Below are positions 50,048-62,258 of a stretch of 64,000 bases of DNA, in pieces; the first letter of the stretch is position 1; each line of letters starts with the position of its first letter. Source of the DNA: Mytilus edulis (lineage: Eukaryota); assembly GCF_963676685.1 (NCBI RefSeq), contig NC_092357.1, positions 9,362,001-9,426,000 on the forward strand. Reading direction: 5' to 3'. Under the pieces are notes generated by a model. That model saw nothing but the letters and a program-made list of their open reading frames with translations, did not search any database and was not told the origin of the DNA. Position numbers and translations under genes: made by a program.

Positions 50048-53000
50048 TCAAACAGGAAAACAAACCATTTCAAAGAATACTACTACCTTATAAGTCAGTA
50101 ATCGAAGGAACTCATCTGACCCAATTTCAAATCTGGCCATTATTCTGACATCGGTTCCTGCGTACCCTGTTGTAACAAGTCCTTCCCATATGTGTTTGCT
50201 TGTTTCTTCGAGGTGCGTCCATCCTTTACAGGATACTGCCGCAACGTCTACAGAATTAGGTATTTCAATAGAAAAATAAATATCTGTTTTGGCTGACAGT
50301 ATTCCGGATTTTGGAGAAAATACGCCAATATTATTGGTGCGTTCAGGACAAAGTTCTGGATATGGAGACCATCGTAAAGAAGGGTTAGTAACGGATAATA
50401 AACCATTATACAAACATTTTGAATCAGTTTCTCCCGCACCAGAAAATAATGATAATAAATATTCTCCTATTCTAGGCAGATTTAAGCGAATGATAACTAA
50501 AGACGCGTTATACGTAATGAAAACATGTCGAATCATGTTATGGAAACATGACGTAATTATGTGAAGACGTGGCTCAATATGACCGCCATTATAATTTTCC
50601 AGACGTAAAGTTACCTCCCCTGAATTTGTGCTTTTAATGATTCCGTTAACACAGTCTGTAAACCTGATTCTTTCTCGTCGGCCGTCTTTCGTTATCCCAA
50701 GTTTACCATCTTCAACAAGTGGAGGCATGCAATTACATGATGGTTCATTAAGGAAATTAATAAGATACGAACACACTGATGCATTATGGGATAATAATAT
50801 CGTCTCCCTTTTTAAAATATTGAATAAGATAAGACCTTGAAATGGGCTGCTTATCCGGTATGTTATTGAATCTGTGTCATACCAGTAGAAAACAAAACGT
50901 CTTGATATCAGTTCATCGGAAGTAGATATAGTGTCGATACTGAAGTCATACATGTAGTCATCTTTTGTACGTTTGAACTTGATAAGTACTGAACTATCCG
51001 ATGTTGTTATTTCTGAATCTCTGTGAGAAAGTGGAACAAGACCACAAATACTTGTATCAATTCCAGGTCCCCATTCAAAACGCAAAACATTTCTCGGAAA
51101 TCCGGAAACATCCTTACTATCGAGTTTGTTGTTGTTGTCGTAAGATGCCATGATGTCATAACAGCATACCATAACATATATACTAGAGGATTCTGTATCC
51201 ATGGCGTATACTTTAAGCACCCCATTCTGTGCTGTATTTAACCTGACCGCTGTTTCGCATTTGTCAACATCGGTATCGACAAACGTCCAGGATTTCTCAG
51301 GCGTGTCGAGACAATCACCACCATAAGAACAAAATCGTGCTGCAAATTGTATTTTCTTGTTAGATGGAAAAGATATTTTAAAAGTTTTCAAATTATTTGA
51401 TGTCATATCTACGTGAAAAGTGTGAGATGTTTTCAATGTCAGTTTAAGTTCATAAAAGAAGGGTGTAAGGAAAATCATATTTTGCCATTCTTCATAGGTA
51501 ACTGGTCTCCATAGCAGTTGCCAATAAGATTTGTGTGGAAAACAGTAATACACAAATTCAACTGGATTTACCAAAAAATGTTTGTCCATTTGTTTACGGT
51601 AAAGAAAATCTACGGTATTTATTTTTCTGTATGAAGAACCAATCATAATACAGTTTTTAGACTCCCACAATTTCTTGTCTTCTGGATGAGGGTCGATCAT
51701 CATCCATCTGTTTTCATATAACACAGCTAGCCACTGACTCTCAACTGACCAATCAACTTTTTTCTCTTTCGGAATAGTTCGTACATATCCATGAACCGTC
51801 ATACAAGGTATACTAACAACGCTGGAATGAATATAATTATATATTATTATAGCACTGTTATTCCTTAATTTACGAGCACACGTGCAGTATCATCCACCAT
51901 TTTCTACATAGGCAAAGAATAAGACTTACAATTCTGACAAGGGGCCCAACCTGCCACAATATGAAAATGAACATTGGGCATTTTTATCAAAATTTTAGGG
52001 GCCCAACCAAAATTTCAAAATTGGCTACTGGGCCCCTGCTGAATTAAGAAAATTCCAAATGTACCAAGTCAGGAATATGACAGTTTTTTCCATTCATTTG
52101 ATGTGTTCTTTCTTTTGATTTAGCCATTTTTTAAGAGTCTTTCCGATTGGACATTCCCTTGGAGTTTGATATATTTTGATATTTTACGTTGTTCTTCTTG
52201 TAACGCTGAACACAGCTAGTTAAAAATAGTTAGTTTTGACAGTCAAATCATAAGTTGACAAGGACAACAATTCAAATGCATAACAGTTAATCCTATTGCG
52301 ATGCAATATAGTTCACTGATGTTTAAACACATATTTGAGATATCTCGGGAACGTTAACGTTGTTGCCAATTACTCCAATTGCCAACCGTGGAATGGATGC
52401 GTCGCTGTGTAAACAACAGACTGCGAAAGTCAAATCTACGTTTTACTTTGGTCACGCTTAAAATGCAAAACATTTATCTACTATAAAACAGTAGATATCT
52501 TCACCGTATTGCTCAGTGTATGGCTACTGGTATCGCAGATAGCTTTTGTTTTATGTGTCGCTGCGTGTTGTATCAATTCAAGTGCATGGCAACAGAAGAA
52601 TCTTCATTTTTACTCTAAGATCAGCAGGTTGATATACAATATAGATAATCTCTAAAGGTTGCATTTCTGTAAATATCGGCAACACAATGTCCCATAGGAG
52701 CTCCTTTTACGGCTAAAACTGTACCATTTTTACTATGAAGTTTTGAAAAAAAATATATGTAAGAAAACTTCGTATCTTATTAGGATTTATTACTTTTTTT
52801 AATTCGAGCGTCACTGATGAGTCTTTTTTAAACGAAACGCGCGTCTGGCGTAAATACAAAATTTAATCCTGGTACCTATGATGAGTCTATTCATGTTCAC
52901 TCCCATTGTTTTCAAACGTCAAAATATAGAGATGTGCGGCATATTTTCAACGTTTAGCCTTGGCATGTCATTAAACCAGGTTCAACCCACCATTTCTTTT

Positions 53001-56000
53001 TCTTAAAATGTCCTGTACCAAGTCAGGAATATGGCAGTTGTTATCAAATAGTTCTATTCTATGTGTGTTGGCATTTTTATTTGATGCACTTCGGGTGTTC
53101 CTTTGTTTTCCTCTCATAGTTTCCCTGATTTGTTATTTCTAAATCGATTTATGAGTTTTGAACACCAGTATACTACTGTTGCCTTTATTGTTATGCCCCG
53201 AACTTCTAAGAGTTTAAACCTAAACTTAAGTTATGTACTACCCGTACAAGTTTTCCACATATTTCAGTTTGACCGCTATGCATATGTATATTTAATTTAC
53301 TTTTAACATTACCAAGTTATGTCCCTACGAGATGAAACATGGAGATCATATCTGGGAACCAGTATGTTAACAAAATTAAAATTCTATGAAGATTATATAT
53401 CTCCCCAAAAGAGGCACTGTTTGTGAAGCAGCTGTATTTACAAAGTGGAACCTACATGGTCTTTCTCTTTACCTTTTTGCTAAGTGTAACGCTACTGGCA
53501 ACGCAGATGGCATTTTTGTTTGTGTCGACTCGGTCATTGACAAAAATACCGCTACATTTTGATATGTCAATACAATTTGCAAAAGAATAATTTGTATTAC
53601 ATCTTGGCCAACTAAAATACAATACTAAATAGCGTTTTTATTATCTTTTTGCTCCATGTAATGCTACTGATATTGCAGAAGTTCTAGTATTATCGAAGTG
53701 GCCAATGATGTATACTCGACGTCTAGATCTGTTGATATTTATAGTTTCAATGATACATTAAAGGGTTCGTATATAAATCAAAAATGTGTTTTATATTTAC
53801 CTGCAAAAATAATGAAATATCTCCACATATATATCGGTTTCTTCATCTCTCGTATTTATACCAAGATGTTTAGCATCGTTTTCTAGCAGTTCCTTAGAAG
53901 TGAATGACGTGACAACATCGAAGATCAATCGAAGTTTGTCGTAAGATGTAACTTCCTGTTTTAAACGGCTTTCGAAATTGGCAAGTGGTATACTCGAACA
54001 CATCTATAACAAGAACATGCACATGAGAAGATATACATTAAAAAATAATACAATGTAATCAATCTGATTATGAGTGCCTTCTCTTATACATGAACTCATC
54101 ACAGATACCAGTTAGGATAAAAAAAAAGTTAATAGGCCAACTAAATTCCGAAGTTAAATTGAATTGACCACAGCGATATTCATCTGTATTTCGGTATGAT
54201 ATTTATAACCGCTCGTGTACTTCATATGTAATTTTCAAGCTGACAGTATGGTAGATATTAAACATACGGTAACCATAGATGTGAAGTTAAAATTCTCACG
54301 GTTCATGATTAAGATTTATGATGGGAATGGGACACTTTACTTATCAAGTATGAATTTTATAAAAAGATTAGTATTAAGAAATAAAGGCAACAGAAGTATA
54401 CCGATGTTCAAAAGTCATGAATCGATTGAGAGAAAATATATCCGGGTTACAAACCAAAACCGAGCGAAACACGTCAACTATAAGAGGAAAACAAAGGAAC
54501 AACAGGAACACCGATGTATAGAAAAACAAACGCCAACACACATAAAACGAACTATTTGATAACAACTGCCATATTCCTGACTTGGTACAGGACGTTTTAA
54601 GAAAATGGTGTGATGAACCTGGTTGAATGAAAACATGTGATGAAGACAACGGTTTGTTGACCGCGTTTTTGTGCAAATCCCTTATCAGATGGCAAAATCA
54701 AAAGCTCAAACACATTAAACGAATGGATAATAATTGTCATATTTCTGACTTGGAACATTCTCTTATATTTCTTATTTTTCTTCGATACATTCTCTCTAGA
54801 CGCGGATGAATCCTTGATCTATTTTCAGTGTCCCGATTCAACTAATGGTTGTGTTAATGTTTACTTCAAACCAATGGAAATAAGTTGTTACAATTTTACT
54901 TACATGTACCTTTGATCCATTGGTATGATGATCGCAACTTAAATCCCAACGATATGGTATTGGCATTGGCATTCCATCATTAAATCGAGGAACATCAGAA
55001 TCCTTTCTTCCCATGATGGTATTTTGTGCTGACTCTAACACATTTGGAAAAGGATGGAGAAGAAACAAATCCTTCTGTATCAAAGGTTTATATTTCTCAA
55101 ATGCAACTGGTATCAAATGTTCGTCAAAAGTTGATATTAAAACATGTTTTTCGTCTTTGTCTTTGTTTGAAATGCCATTTAGGTCATTCGATTCAGTACG
55201 TTGATCTTCTAAGCTAATTACATCATTTTGCAACATATCGTTCTCGCTGTCAGTTATCACATTATTTTGTGTCTGACCGTCTGCAGTGCATTGGTCACGT
55301 GTCATTGTAGTTGAAAATGGCGGGATGTTAGCAATGCCCTCTACGTTTGAAATCTCGCTACAATCTTCTTGTATATCGACTGCATTACTGAATTGAGAAT
55401 GTGAGGAGAGTCTTTCCGCTTCAACATCTGTTTCATTTTCAGGAGGATGACCTTTTAGTCCTTGGACACTAACTTCACGTGCTGTTCTGTCATTTAGGTT
55501 GTTTGTTTCTTTGTCTTGCAATTTTGCACGTTCAATTGAAGAAATTGAGTTTGTTCTGTCACACAAAGTAATAGGCTGAAAGGATAAAAAAGTGTTAGTT
55601 TACCGTTTTACAACCATGCTTGCTCAATGTCAGGTGAAATATGTCATTACAATCGTTTGGTTCCCGATTAACATACGTGGTTTACAACCGTGTTTACTCT
55701 CTGTCAGATCAAGGTACAATTTAGACGAAACCTCAAATAAGATCGAGATATAGTTTGGCAAGGTATTTATAACAAACCAGGACTGCCGTTTAGTTCCTGT
55801 CATTGCATTTTATTCATTTCTTTAAGAAAATGTCACCAAGGTCAGGACAATATTTACTGTGTATGTGAGCTGGTGATTAAATCTTTCTTTTAGATAACCT
55901 GTCAGATATCTTCCTTTGATTTTTTATACTATTACAATGATTATATACACAATATCTTATTTGGTTTATATATATACTATCAAGTTCAAAATAAGATATC

Positions 56001-57289
56001 TTTGTAGATACTGTATGAGTTGTCCAAGGACAGTGGTACAATGGTTTTAGTTAAAGGTGACTTTTAGTCCGTAGCTTTTATAAAAAGCATGCCCAGAATT
56101 CAGAAGAAAAAAAATACAAAGTTAAATATTTAAGGACAATCATTTGTGATCCATAGGGGTTGGAAATGAATATTTTGATCTGGTAGGAACTAAGAATAAA
56201 TCATGTCCAAGCCAGGATAAACATGAATGATTTGTTCAACCAAATCCAGATAATAACTGTGTGTAAACTGTGTTAAAGTGAAAATAAATAAATAAAACAT
56301 GATGACTAGCACCATGTAAATTAATCTATCACGTCCGAAATTAAATCCGTAGCAATTAAAAAAATAAAATATTATTTATGCTTACAAGTTTAAGTGTTTT
56401 ATTTTGAAACTGGGATTTTTTTGCAAGCAAATGTCCTGGGTACCTGAATAGTACATTTCTGTTTATTTGAACTTTTCCATGAACATTTTTATATAATATA
56501 ATTATAATATAATTTATATTATGAATTAGTAGTGTAAATAAAAAAAAAATAAGAAGATCTGGCAAATATGATTGTCAAATGCGACAACTCTTCATCAGAG
56601 ACCAACTGACTTATAGGTTAACATCTATATGTCAACGTACAGCCGTACAACAATGAGACGAACCCATCCGCATAGTCAGCTAAAAAAGGGCCCAAAATGA
56701 CGAATGTGAAACAATTCAAACGAGAAAACTAACGTTATGAATTATGTACAAAACAATGAAAGAAATACAAATATGATATTAGGCAAAACAACGACAACCA
56801 CTGGGTAACAGGCTCATGACTAGGGACATGTTTGAATACTAGTAAAACTGTAGTCAAAAACTATTCTCCTTACAATTTATAATCTGCTTTGATACATGAA
56901 TTCCTTTGTGAAAACAATACTTATTTCGAAATAAAGTGAAAGTTAAAGCTTATATATATATATGATATAACTTTCTTCTACAAAAACGACAATTGAAATT
57001 TCTAGTACCGTAGGTCCTTGCCTTTTAGAAACGGCCATGCAGTTAAACAAGTTATTAAGGTTTCTATCCCACATTAAAATCGTCTTACCTTAGAAGCAAT
57101 GTTATAAAGTTCAAGATTACTATTACAGTTTATAACTATGATTTCATCGGCATCGTCAAAAACAGTACACTCATCGGTGGTATTTGTTGCATCATCAGAT
57201 TTATGCTCCGTAATATCAGTTGACAAATGGTTAGACAAACGAGTCTCGCCGAACTTATGCTGCTTAGATTTACTTGTTGCGCTCCCCAT
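50048..57289 (-). CDS. Hillarin/kyphoscoliosis peptidase (KY)-like protein with an inactive transglutaminase-like domain and KY-type beta repeats, about 947 aa
   Basis: Exons 57289-57089, 55575-54910, 54003-53801, 51821-50048; GT-AG and phase-consistent. Motifs YVEIFHYFCS..IPCMTVHGYVR, QWLAV..WMMIDP, HFLVNPVEF..CFP..WQLL.RPVT.EEW, EWGP..GLVPLSH, LPRIGEYLLSLF. The last exon may instead splice at 50087 to an unidentified short terminal exon. Confidence 0.8.
52808..52851 (+). ncRNA. Type I hammerhead ribozyme (fragment of a second retrozyme/PLE family), antisense in a KY-like gene intron
   Basis: GCGUCA-CUGAUGA-GUC(UUUUUUA)AAC-GAAA-CGCGCG-UC-UGGCGU; stem II has one mismatch. Confidence 0.8.
56555..56828 (-). 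mobile_element. Retroposon family A, 3' half
   Basis: Reverse complement of about 49480-49750. Confidence 0.75.
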
Positions 57290-59379
57290 TCTTCCTTATC
57301 TAAGATGAACTGGTATCGCAAGACACATGCTGATTAGTTTGACTAGTTACACCTCTCATTCTTATCTATTCATCCTTTTCATTACATCACTTCATTTTCC
57401 AGCTGATATTTTAAAAATAGACCCAAGAATGGACCTATGCACTTTTTTACATCCACTTAACACATTACTTTTTTTTCTGGGAAAAATAACTTTCCAACAA
57501 TGTATAACTTTAGAACTCATTTCTCATAATAGCAGAAAATTATATTCTAATTAGTTAAACATTATAAAGAACAAAAGACATTAATAGCGTCCAATTATTA
57601 GTCACAACTACATTATGGTTAATTATAAAAGCTATAACACCAAACTAGTACCATGTTCACATAGTTTAAATTGTAATAAAACAGTGATAATGATCGTCAG
57701 GTTGCATGGTATTGTTTTACAGATGTATTATGATGTTAAATGAACTTAAAGGAGGTCTAGTGGAAAGAACGTGGTCTTAAAGGGGGTCTATAGGAAAGGA
57801 CATTAACTTTATGTAAAACAAAAAGGAGATGGGATAAGACTATTATCCGCCAATGTTAAAAAATGTAAAAATTAAAAGCAAACGTACATACGGCCTGCAA
57901 CAATGAGAAAGACATATACCGCTATTCAAGGCCCCGACATGATACCATTATGTTAATTTAGATATGAACTGAACGTTGGTCTGAACGTGGGTCTATTTGA
58001 AGTAACTATTGTCCAAGAAATGTGTTGTGATGTCGATGACTGGATTGACTGTTGGTTACTACTTTCAACACTTTGCTAATATCATGGAGGTAGGGTTGTT
58101 ATTACATGGTGGAGGAAGCAGAAGTGCCCGACGATAACCAGAACCAGATTGGAGTCGAACATACCTGCCACGTGCAGGGTTCGAGCTGACAGACTAGCCT
58201 ATTTTAGTTGTACAATGTAGAAATAACAGCTCCCAGTAACAGCTGAGGAAGTATATACAGGTTCAACTCACCATTTGTTTCTTAAAACATTTTTAAAATG
58301 TCTTGTACCAAGTCAGGAAAATTGCCAATGTTATGTTATAGTTCGTTTCTTGGTGTGTTACATTTTAATGGTGTGTTGCTGTTGTGTCGTAGTTCTCCTC
58401 TTATATTTGATGTGTTTCCCTAAGTTTTAGTTTGTAACCTGGCGGATTTGTTTTTTTTCTCAATCGATTTATGAATTTCGAACAGCGGTATACTACTTTT
58501 GCCTTCATGTAGCAATACTCAGGCAATTATTTTTGCTTTCATTCCGGAATGGTGTGAAAAGTGTTTAGGTTAAACCATCTTTGTATGTCATATCTACTCT
58601 TTTTTGTGTTAGTTGTGTCTATTGACGATGTAACAGTGTCGAATGATTAATTCAAATTATTTAAAGAACCAATTATTGTCAAATGATTTTTTTTTATCAG
58701 ATATGTCTTAAACTATAAATACGAATAATAATAAATCGTTTAAATAATGCCGTCATACAACCTGTGTGAATCAAAAGGTTTAAGTGTCAAGGTCAAATCT
58801 AGTAGAAATTGTTACCATTGCCAACAAACAAATAGATTTTGATTAAGTTTGTCTATTGCGGTTCTGACAATAGATCATTTAACTAGGACTTGAGAACTAT
58901 AACCAGTTAATAAAGATGAAGGTTGATTAACACGTTTGACGTGAAGCTGATACACAAAAATATAAGCATATACACCATATCAATTCTCGATAATGGTGGT
59001 TACATACACATGTACTAACAATATGATGCAATAGCCGTCAATTTCATTTAATTCACCCCGAATAAGGTTCTAATTTTTCTTGACGTCGTTCAGACAACTT
59101 TGCCAACTCTAATGTTGGTCGCTGTACTTAACTGCACCATAACAGAGAAACAAGTATTACCGAAAATTAAACATGGAGTAATCAGATGTGTAATACTATA
59201 CACCTGGAATAAAGTATTGCAACACTTCCATTGAAAACAGTGTAAAATGACGTGATTGTAGAATGTGTACAATTTGGGTTTTACCAAATACATTTAATCC
59301 GTTATGTTTTAAAATTGAATTCATGGTATTAACTTTCTATTCATTTTCTGTATCAGATGTTCAGTTTACTGTAAAAATT

Positions 59380-60040
59380 TGTAAGGGTTCCGCGGAACCC
59401 AGTGTCGCGCCTACTTTTGCTGTAAATCACAGGCTCAACAAAAATGAGGATAAAAATCAATAAAAATATTTCTATTGATGCTATCTTTTGAGTGTAAGAA
59501 GCTTCTGTCCAAGTTTGGTAAAAATCACGGATAGTTTATGAATATTTTTAAATGTTTTAAAAACTTTATCTGCAGACTGTATGTAATGTTAACTGGAAGA
59601 AAAACTAAGTCCATTTGCAAGTAAAATACAGATACACAGGTAAAAAGTATTAACAAAATTTCCTTCTAGATACTAGCTTTTGATCATAAACAAGCTTCTG
59701 CCCAAGTTTGGTTCTGTTTAAAAAAAGTATAAGAAAGTTATTGAATTTTTAAAAATATTAACCATAGAGTGAATGTGTTGTTTCATGGCAGAAAATCTAA
59801 GTCCATTTAAAAGTAAAATACGGAAAAAATGGATTTATTTTTTTACAAAATTAACTTCTGGAAACTATCTTTTAATCATTAACAAGCTTGTGTCCAAGTT
59901 TGGTACAAACCCAGGATAGTTTAAGAAAGTTATAAAAATTTCAAAAACTTTAACCACAGAGTGAATATTTGTGGACGACTACGACGACGACGACGCCGAC
60001 GGAATGTAGGATCGCTTAGTCTCGCTTTTTCGACTAAAGT
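59380..60040 (-). mobile_element. HINE with three internal units of about 193 bp
   Basis: AAGCTTCTGTCCAAGTTTGG at about 59499, 59692 and 59884; (GAC)n microsatellite; terminal hairpin GGGTTCCGCGGAACCC; fragment at about 45715-45918. Confidence 0.8.
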
Positions 60041-60739
60041 AAAATGTCGGTATATAGACAATAACTTTTTCAGTACAGCTGTATTGATGCGTCTCGTTAG
60101 TCTTAATTTTGCCTGAAAGGTAAGTTAATAACACAAATTAAAATTTAAACCATAAAGGGATTAAAAGTATTTGGTTAAACACAAATTGTACACATTCTAT
60201 AATCCTGTCAATCACATTGTTTTACATGGAAGTGTTGCAATATTTTTATCCAGGTGTATATATTCTTATACAGTATATCTCTTTGTGATAAGAGTTAGTA
60301 AAATATTTTTACTAATTCATGTAATTTATAATATGAATATATTGCTGTGAACGTTTTTGGTGAATGCAAATAATAAGCTAATTGAAATCCCTGAACCCAG
60401 TGCAGTCATATGCATGTTAAACTACTAGTAATTGGGGATTGTAATTTCAGAAAGAACCCAAGGGAGATCACAATCAAGAAAAGATAACTATGGAAAAATG
60501 AAAATCCTTTGTACAATTAAAGTGAACTATCAGTGGATAATGATACCTTTATTTTAAATCCATGTTTTAGGTAACATATTATTCATGAAGCTCTTAGTTT
60601 AGGAATCGTTCTTTAAATCTTTCACTTTGGCTGTACTTGATCATGAATTTTTAGTAAAGATAACAAACTAGACTATTGATGTTCAGTCACTTTTGTATCT
60701 AGTATATTAACATCCATTTGCTTGTTTTACTATTGAAAC

Positions 60740-60821
60740 CACAGGCACTTGTCTCAAAAAAAAATTCCTATATACCTTAATTAAGGTATATAGGAATTTT
60801 TTTTTGAGACAAGTGCCTGTG
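60740..60821. mobile_element. 82-bp palindromic mini-MITE with 8-bp TSD (hAT-like)
   Basis: Essentially perfect palindrome centred on TTAATTAA; ATTGAAAC at 60732-60739 and 60822-60829. Confidence 0.9.
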
Positions 60822-61784
60822 ATTGAAACTATAAATGTTATACAGTTTGTTCCGAGTATTTTACAAAATTGTGTCGTTATAAAAAATCGATATTGTGTAT
60901 GATTTATAATCAGGAATGGAATGTCTTTAAAGAATTACAGTCATTCAATAGTTGCCAACTTTGAGCATTCATTCAGCTTACCATAGTTTATAATCACTTG
61001 TGGGTATCTAATTTGCAAATGAAGAACGGAAATGGAGAAAATATGTCAAAGAGACAACAACCCGACCTAAGACCGGAAAACAGCAAAGGCACTGGCTACG
61101 GGCCGATTACATGGAAATGTAACAATAATAAAATAATTATTGTTACATTGGAGACCATTTGCTGGAATACAGGGAACTGATTCATTATGAATGTAACAAT
61201 AATATGTTTGTCTACGGTTACATTGCCTTATTAAAGAATACAATGTACACTAGATTTATTAAACTTTAACTTCTGTAGTTTTGTTGATTAAATTGTGTTG
61301 AAGACTCTTTGGTAGCCTTGGACTGTTTTCTGGTCTTTTGTTGGTGTGTTTTCTCTTTGACACATTCCCAATTTCCATTCATATTTCATCAACCCAGTAG
61401 CAGTATTGTTAAACAAGAATGCCAGCATTACCATACTTAACATACAGCCATTCTAAAGTCACAGTTTCAGAAAACAAGTAGGTGTGAGATGACTGCTAAT
61501 ATAAAATAAGATATGAAAGGAGTGTGAAAGAGACAAGTCTTTTTTTAGAGTCCAATTGACATGGATTTAAGATCATTTAACACATCTGGAATGAGGAAGT
61601 AGGTGTCTGCTCACACTGCTGGTCACTGTCAAACTACTGACCAAATATGAAGTCATTGTTTAGTAGTACCCAAGAAAATGTGAAGGAAACATAATTTAGA
61701 TGACCCGACAGACATATAGCAGTATGCAATCTAGTCCCCATTCCTAGATTAGAGGTAACAAGATCCTGAAATTAATTCTAAACA

Positions 61785-62258
61785 CTGTCAGTTAACTGCT
61801 AGTAGTCTGTTGTTATTTATGTATTATTGTTATTTTGTTTATTTTCTTTGGTTACATCTTCTGACATCAGACTCGGACTTCTCTTGAACTGAATTTTAAT
61901 GTGCGTATTGTTATGCGTTTACTTTTCTACATTGGTTAGAGGTATAGGGGGAGGGTTGAGATCTCACAAACATGTTTAATCTCGCCGCATTTTTGCGCCT
62001 GTCCCAAGTCAGGAGCCTCTGGCCTTTGTTAGTCTTGTATTATTTTAATTTTAGTTTCTTGTGTACAATTTGGAAATTAGTATGGCGTTCATTATCACTG
62101 GACTAGTCTATATTTGTTTAAGGGCCAGCTGAAGGACGCCTCCGGGTGCGGGAATTTCTTGCTACATTGAAGACCTGTTGGTGACCCTCTGCTGTTGTTT
62201 TTTATTTGGTCGGGTTGTTGTCTCTTTGACACATTCCCCATTTCCATTCTCAATTTTA
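61785..62258 (+). mobile_element. Retroposon family B, longest copy (about 470 bp)
   Basis: Tail GTCTCTTTGACACATTCCCCATTTCCATTCTCAATTTTA shared with at least 6 truncated copies in this window. Confidence 0.8.

Noticed and set aside
53472-53730. Possible extra exon of the KY-like gene
   Set aside because: Stop codon in the required frame; direct splicing from 53801 to 51821 restores the family motif
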